A stretch of DNA of 64,000 bases. Source: Candidatus Komeilibacteria bacterium. GTDB lineage: Bacteria; Patescibacteriota; Patescibacteriia; UBA1558. Position 1 is the first letter of the stretch; each line of letters opens with the position of its first letter. The stretch spans positions 200,013 to 264,012 of the forward strand of contig JBLYPX010000001.1 of NCBI GenBank assembly GCA_048538235.1, given 5' to 3'. The notes beneath the pieces were generated by a model, which ran no database searches, was not told where the DNA came from, and worked only from the letters and a program-made list of their open reading frames with translations. The position numbers and the translations under genes were made by a program. Below are positions 58,839 to 64,000 of the stretch, piece by piece.

Positions 58839-59355
58839 AGAAAAAAAATTAAAAAAGAAAAAACTAAATTCAGAAGAGTTAGAACAAAAACTTGGTGAAT
58901 ATATGCAAGGTTGGCAAAGAGCTCAGGCAGATTACCAGAATTTGCAAAAAGAAACAGACAAGTGGAAAGGTGAATTTGCTCAATATGCTAAAGCAGATTT
59001 TATTCTAGAATTATTACCAGTGTATAGTAATTACAAAATTGCTTTAGAGCATATTCCAGAAGAAGATAAGCAGAAAGATTGGGTACAAGGAATACAACAT
59101 ATATTTCAACAGCTTAAAACACTATTAGATAAATTTGACGTAAAAGAAATTGAAACAGTTGGAAAGGAATTTAATCACGAATTACATGATGCGGTGGGTA
59201 CTGAATATAATGAGTCAAAAGAAGAGGATATTATTTTAAAACAAACAATGCCTGGCTATATGTTAAAAGATAAGGTTTTACAACCAGCTAAGGTAATTAT
59301 TAATAAAAAAGATATAAATTCTGATGCAGACCAGAGGTCTGCAAAGGATGAATAA
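58831..59355 (+). CDS. grpE: nucleotide exchange factor GrpE
   Basis: RAQADYQNL, LLPV, FNHELHDAV, GYML..VLQPAKV. Confidence 0.95.
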   Translation: MPKEKKLKKKKLNSEELEQKLGEYMQGWQRAQADYQNLQKETDKWKGEFAQYAKADFILELLPVYSNYKIALEHIPEEDKQKDWVQGIQHIFQQLKTLLDKFDVKEIETVGKEFNHELHDAVGTEYNESKEEDIILKQTMPGYMLKDKVLQPAKVIINKKDINSDADQRSAKDE

Positions 59356-59367
59356 GGAGACAATATT

Positions 59368-59793
59368 ATGGCAATTATTAAATGGACACCAATGCTTGAT
59401 CCATTTGAAGAAATGGATGGAATGCTAGACATGTGGTCTGGCGCACGTGTGCCACAAGCATTTGTACCCTCAATGGACATTTACCAAACAGATAAAGAAG
59501 TAGTAGCTGAAGTTTCATTACCAGGTATTGATCCAAAGAATGTAAATGTATCTGTAGAGAACAATGTGTTAACAATCGATGGTAAATCTGAACAGCAATC
59601 TGAAGTAGATGAGAAGAATTATTATCGTAAAGAAGTACGTTGTGGTTCATTCCATAGAAGCGTGGCCTTACCAACATCAGTTGAAGCAAGTAAAGCACAA
59701 GCTGAGTATAGTGAAGGTATTTTAAAAATTAATATTCCAAAGGTAGAAAAAGAACTACCTAAGTCTATTAAAGTAGATATTAAAAAGAAATAA
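59368..59793 (+). CDS. small heat-shock protein Hsp20
   Basis: PSMDIYQT, LPGI, GSFHRSVALP, GILKINIPK. Confidence 0.95.
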   Translation: MAIIKWTPMLDPFEEMDGMLDMWSGARVPQAFVPSMDIYQTDKEVVAEVSLPGIDPKNVNVSVENNVLTIDGKSEQQSEVDEKNYYRKEVRCGSFHRSVALPTSVEASKAQAEYSEGILKINIPKVEKELPKSIKVDIKKK

Positions 59794-60116
59794 TGGATTT
59801 TAATAAACATTCAATTAGATTGGTGCAGAATTGTCCAGTCTGCGATAGAAAGTACCAACCAAATAGAGTTCAAATTATAGATGAATTTGGTAATTCTTTC
59901 TTAGCATACTTGACTTGTAACTTTTGTCATTCTAATTTGATTGTTAAAGTTATTAGCATGCCACAAGGACTGGTGGGTAATGCAATATTAACAGATCTTA
60001 CTCCTGAAGAAGTTTTAAGATTTTCAGATGGAGCTAAAGTATCTGGTGATGACATATTAAACGTTCATCAAAGTTTAAGTAATAATGAAATATATAATTA
60101 TTTTTTAACAAAGTAA
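59793..60116 (+). CDS. zinc-ribbon hypothetical protein
   Basis: CPVC..CNFC; TDLTPEEV; translationally coupled in operon. Confidence 0.75.
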   Translation: MDFNKHSIRLVQNCPVCDRKYQPNRVQIIDEFGNSFLAYLTCNFCHSNLIVKVISMPQGLVGNAILTDLTPEEVLRFSDGAKVSGDDILNVHQSLSNNEIYNYFLTK

Positions 60117-60120
60117 AAAT

Positions 60121-62034
60121 ATGGGAAAAATATTAGGAATAGATTTGGGTACAACCAATTCAGCTATGAGTATAATCGAAGGTGGACAACCTAAGATATT
60201 GGAAAATGCTGAAGGTAATCGTACTACACCGTCCGTCATTACGGTTAATAAAAGTGGCGAAAGATTAGTAGGACAGGCTGCTAAAAGACAGGCTGTTACT
60301 AATCCAGAGAATACTCTATTTTCAATTAAGCGTTTAATTGGAAGACATTTTAATGATGAGGAAGTTCAGGAAGATGTCAAAACTATGCCATACAAGATTG
60401 TACAGGCAGGTGAGGGTATTAAAGTTAAGATGGGAGATAAAGAACATACTCCACAAGAAATATCTGCTATGATTTTACAGAAATTAAAGGCAGATGCAGA
60501 AGCTAAGCTTGGTGAAAAGATTACAGAGGCTGTTATTACTGTGCCAGCATATTTTGACGATTCACAAAGACAAGCTACAAAAGACGCAGGTACAATTGCA
60601 GGACTGGATGTTAAAAGAATTATTAATGAGCCTACAGCTGCAGCGCTTGCTTATGGTTTTGACAAGAAAAAAGATCAACAAGTAGCTGTCTATGACTTGG
60701 GTGGTGGTACCTTTGACATTTCTATTCTAGAAGTAGCAGCAGATACTGTTGAAGTTAAATCTACTAATGGAGATACTCATCTTGGCGGTGATGACTTTGA
60801 TCAGGTATTAATTAAGTATTTAATAGATGAATTTAAGAAAGATCAAGGTATAGATTTATCTGGTGATCAAATGGCTTTACAAAGGTTAAAGGAAGCTGCT
60901 GAAAAAGCAAAGATTGAATTATCTACACAGAATGAAACAGAAATTAACCAACCATTTATTACAACAGACGCTTCTGGCCCAAAGCATTTAGTTCTTAAGA
61001 TGACTAGAGCAAAACTTGAAGAACTAGTTGGTGATCTTGTAAAAAGAACACTTGAACCAGTTAAGAAAGCTATTGAAGATTCAGGATTTAAAAAAGAAGA
61101 TATTGATGAAGTAATACTTGTTGGTGGTATGACTAGAATGCCACTTGTGCAAAAAACAGTAGAAGAATTCTTTGGTAAAAAGCCAAATATATCTATGAAT
61201 CCAGATGAAGTAGTTGCTATGGGAGCAGCTGTACAAGCTGGTGTTCTGCAAGGTGATGTTAAAGATGTACTATTATTAGACGTTACTCCTTTAACACTTG
61301 GTATTGAAACATTAGGCGGTGTATCTACACCACTTATTGAAAGAAATTCAACTATTCCAACTTCAAAGTCACAGATATTTTCTACAGCTGCAGACAACCA
61401 AACATCTGTAGAAATACATGTATTACAAGGTGAAAGACCAATGGCTCAAGATAATAAGACATTAGGTAGATTTATCTTATCTGGTATTCCACCAGCACCA
61501 AGAGGTGTTCCTCAAGTTGAGGTTAGTTTTGACATTGATGCTAATGGAATTTTAAATGTTAAGGCGCAAGATAAAGCAACTGGTACAGAACAATCTATTA
61601 CAATTACAGCTTCTTCTGGACTTTCAGAAGATGAAGTAGAGAAGATGAAGAAAGAAGCTGAAGCTCATGCAGATGAAGATAAGAAAAAGAAAGAAGAGAT
61701 TGAAACACGTAATAATGCAGAAGCTGTTATCTTTAATACAGAAAAGATATTAGAAGAGAATAAAGAGAAAATACCAGAAACTGTTAAAACAGAAGTTAAT
61801 GAAAAACTAGAAGCCTTAAAGAAAGTTAAAGATGGTTCAGATACAGAAAGTATTAAGAAAGCCTTAGATGAGCTTAATAAGACTGTAACTAAGATTGGTG
61901 AAGCAATGTATCAACAACAGCCAAAGAGTCAACCTGGCCCAGGTGCAGATAATGCTGAACAAAAGGCTTCTGAAGATAATAAGGATACAGTGGAAGGGGA
62001 GTATGAAGAGGTTAAAAAAGAAGAAACTAAATAA
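60121..62034 (+). CDS. dnaK: molecular chaperone DnaK
   Basis: [31 protein letters not shown]. Confidence 0.99.
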   Translation: MGKILGIDLGTTNSAMSIIEGGQPKILENAEGNRTTPSVITVNKSGERLVGQAAKRQAVTNPENTLFSIKRLIGRHFNDEEVQEDVKTMPYKIVQAGEGIKVKMGDKEHTPQEISAMILQKLKADAEAKLGEKITEAVITVPAYFDDSQRQATKDAGTIAGLDVKRIINEPTAAALAYGFDKKKDQQVAVYDLGGGTFDISILEVAADTVEVKSTNGDTHLGGDDFDQVLIKYLIDEFKKDQGIDLSGDQMALQRLKEAAEKAKIELSTQNETEINQPFITTDASGPKHLVLKMTRAKLEELVGDLVKRTLEPVKKAIEDSGFKKEDIDEVILVGGMTRMPLVQKTVEEFFGKKPNISMNPDEVVAMGAAVQAGVLQGDVKDVLLLDVTPLTLGIETLGGVSTPLIERNSTIPTSKSQIFSTAADNQTSVEIHVLQGERPMAQDNKTLGRFILSGIPPAPRGVPQVEVSFDIDANGILNVKAQDKATGTEQSITITASSGLSEDEVEKMKKEAEAHADEDKKKKEEIETRNNAEAVIFNTEKILEENKEKIPETVKTEVNEKLEALKKVKDGSDTESIKKALDELNKTVTKIGEAMYQQQPKSQPGPGADNAEQKASEDNKDTVEGEYEEVKKEETK

Positions 62035-62039
62035 AATAT

Positions 62040-62324
62040 ATGGAAAATAAACCAAAGCAAGAGATTAAGATTGCTGACAATATTCCTGGTGCTGAATACA
62101 GCAATATGATGCAGGTAAGACATAATAAAGATGAATTTCAACTTATCTTTATGAATGTTATGCCACCATCAGGTAGGGTAGTTGCTAAGATTATGACTAC
62201 ACCAGGTCATATGAAAAGAATAGTAGCAGCTATGCAAGAAAATTTAAAAAAGTATGAAGATCAATTTGGAGCTATTGATGAAGCAGAGGCTCCTTCAGGT
62301 CTTGGTTTTGAAGAAAAGAAATAA
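62040..62324 (+). CDS. DUF3467-like protein
   Basis: YSNMMQV.H..DEF.L.F, P.HMKRIV.A..ENL.KYE.QFG.I. Confidence 0.75.
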   Translation: MENKPKQEIKIADNIPGAEYSNMMQVRHNKDEFQLIFMNVMPPSGRVVAKIMTTPGHMKRIVAAMQENLKKYEDQFGAIDEAEAPSGLGFEEKK

Positions 62325-62334
62325 ATAAAACTTA

Positions 62335-63420
62335 ATGAGTAAAGACTACTATAGTATTTTAGGTGTAGATAAAAGTGCTTCTAAAGACGATATTAAAAAA
62401 GCTTTTAGAAAACTGGCGCATGAGCATCATCCAGATAAGGGTAATGGTAATGCAGATAAGTTTAAGGAAATAAACGAAGCTTACCAAGTATTGTCTAATG
62501 ATGATAAAAGGCATCAGTATGACCAATTTGGTTCATCTGGGCCTTTTGGTTTTGACGGAGCTCGTGCTAATTCTGGTCAAGGTGGTTTTGGTGGTGGTTT
62601 TAGCGGTGGTTTTAATATGGACGATCTGGGGGATATATTTGGTGGTTTTGGAGATATATTCGGAGGCGGCGGCAGAAGAAGATCAGGACCACAAAGAGGT
62701 AGAGATATTGAATCTAGTTTAAATATTTCTTTTGACGATTCATATTATGGAGCTGAAAAAACTATTCAATTAAGAAAACCAGTAGCTTGTAATCATTGTA
62801 AGGGAAATGGAGCAGAGCCTGGTGCCAAAGTTGAGACTTGTAAAACTTGTAATGGTTCTGGTCAAGTAAGACAAGTTCAGAATAGTATTTTTGGACAAAT
62901 GGCTACAGTTGGTATGTGTCCAGATTGTCATGGTGAAGGCAAGTCTTATTCACAGAAATGTACTAAGTGTAGTGGCCAAGGCTTAATAGATGGCATTGAA
63001 CAAATAAAAGTAAAAATACCAGCTGGTATTGGTAATGGACAAAGTCTTAAATTATCTGGTAAGGGTGAGGCAGGCGTTAAAGGTGGCTCAAATGGAGATT
63101 TATATATTACATTACAAGTCTCACCATCTGCTAAGTTTAAAAGGCAAGGTGAGAATTTATATACCAGTGTTCCTATTAGCATTACTCAGGCAACTTTAGG
63201 AGATAAGATTGATGTTAGTACCGTTGAAGGTGAAGTTAAGTTAAAGATTCCTGCTGGAACAAAATCTGGTAAGCAGTTTATTATTCGTGGTAAGGGTATG
63301 CCAAAACTTAATGGAAGAGGTAATGGCAGCTTATATGTAGAAGTGGAAATTAATATACCAAGTAAGTTAACTCGTGATCAAAAGAAATTACTTGAAAAAT
63401 TACAAAAAGAAGGATTATAG
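62335..63420 (+). CDS. dnaJ: chaperone DnaJ
   Basis: J-domain HPD, G/F region, four CxxCxGxG repeats. Confidence 0.98.
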   Translation: MSKDYYSILGVDKSASKDDIKKAFRKLAHEHHPDKGNGNADKFKEINEAYQVLSNDDKRHQYDQFGSSGPFGFDGARANSGQGGFGGGFSGGFNMDDLGDIFGGFGDIFGGGGRRRSGPQRGRDIESSLNISFDDSYYGAEKTIQLRKPVACNHCKGNGAEPGAKVETCKTCNGSGQVRQVQNSIFGQMATVGMCPDCHGEGKSYSQKCTKCSGQGLIDGIEQIKVKIPAGIGNGQSLKLSGKGEAGVKGGSNGDLYITLQVSPSAKFKRQGENLYTSVPISITQATLGDKIDVSTVEGEVKLKIPAGTKSGKQFIIRGKGMPKLNGRGNGSLYVEVEINIPSKLTRDQKKLLEKLQKEGL

Positions 63421-63445
63421 TTTTTACTTGTGATATAATACAGTT

Positions 63446-64000
63446 ATGAGTGAAGAATTAACTGTAGCTACAAATCAATTAGCAGATGGAGTATCAACAC
63501 TTGGCTGGGCATCGCCCAGCTGGGATATTATGTTGATACTTATTTTTATTGTAGCAGCTCTTGTTTTTAGCATGTCCTTTGGTAGAAGAAGAGTAGTGGT
63601 TTTATTATTTTCAATATACATATCTTTAGCAGTTGTAAATACTTTACCATATTTAGAAAATATATTTTCAGACAATTGGTTAGATAAATTATTTGCTGTT
63701 AAGATAGCAGTTTTTCTAACAGTGTTTATAGGTCTATATATTTCTTTGAATAGATCAGCTCTATTAAGATATATGCGTGGCTCTTCTCAGTTTACGCCCT
63801 CTTGGCAAGTAATGGCTTTATCTTTATTACACACCGGTCTATTAATATCTATTACTCTATCTTTTTTACCGCTAAATTTGGTAGAGTATTTATCCTTTTT
63901 TACAAAGTCAGTATTTGTATCTGAAGGTGGTCAATTCTTTTGGATGGTAGCACCTATTATTACTTTAGGGTTAATAAAAAAGCCGTCTAAAAGACAGCTT
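63446..64000 (+). CDS. 3'-truncated multi-TM membrane protein (missing from ORF track)
   Basis: Open from ATG 63446 to window end: MSEELTVATNQLADGVSTLGWASPSWDIMLILIFIVAALVFSMSFGRRR... Confidence 0.75.
   Translation, partial: MSEELTVATNQLADGVSTLGWASPSWDIMLILIFIVAALVFSMSFGRRRVVVLLFSIYISLAVVNTLPYLENIFSDNWLDKLFAVKIAVFLTVFIGLYISLNRSALLRYMRGSSQFTPSWQVMALSLLHTGLLISITLSFLPLNLVEYLSFFTKSVFVSEGGQFFWMVAPIITLGLIKKPSKRQL

Overview
AT-rich bacterial chromosomal segment read in standard code 11. It is most consistent with a Patescibacteria/CPR (Parcubacteria-like) genome; this is an inference from the compact operons, AspRS lacking the GAD domain, short HrcA, pilin-like surface protein and DUF5671/DUF3467/RNHCP-type genes. 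The backbone is housekeeping: ybeY-dgkA, helicase-nuclease, pheST, gyrB, secE-nusG-rplK-rplA, a dTTP-synthesis operon, gatB, asnS-aspS, scpAB-rluB, tpiA-fba, 4 tRNAs, a PerR-rubredoxin-AhpC-superoxide reductase operon, HU, a sugar-utilisation operon and the CIRCE-controlled hrcA-grpE-hsp20-dnaK-dnaJ operon. Small self-contained accessory units are interspersed. The most striking is a minimal ATP-grasp RiPP (graspetide) locus at 55995-57132 whose 51-aa precursor core (TPTYRSDTDD) is in register with the microviridin core. Other notable signals: a boxA-like motif plus strong Shine-Dalgarno shared by most accessory genes, two candidate structured ncRNAs (4672-4772; 28708-28817), a class of apparently leaderless genes, a TMTC-like glycosylation operon and an ATP-cone/Mrr-type nuclease. 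Four genes missing from the ORF track were added (secE, rubredoxin, a 56-aa membrane protein, a 3'-truncated membrane protein). No CRISPR array, transposase, integrase or rRNA was seen. All assignments are by eye; no database searches were run.
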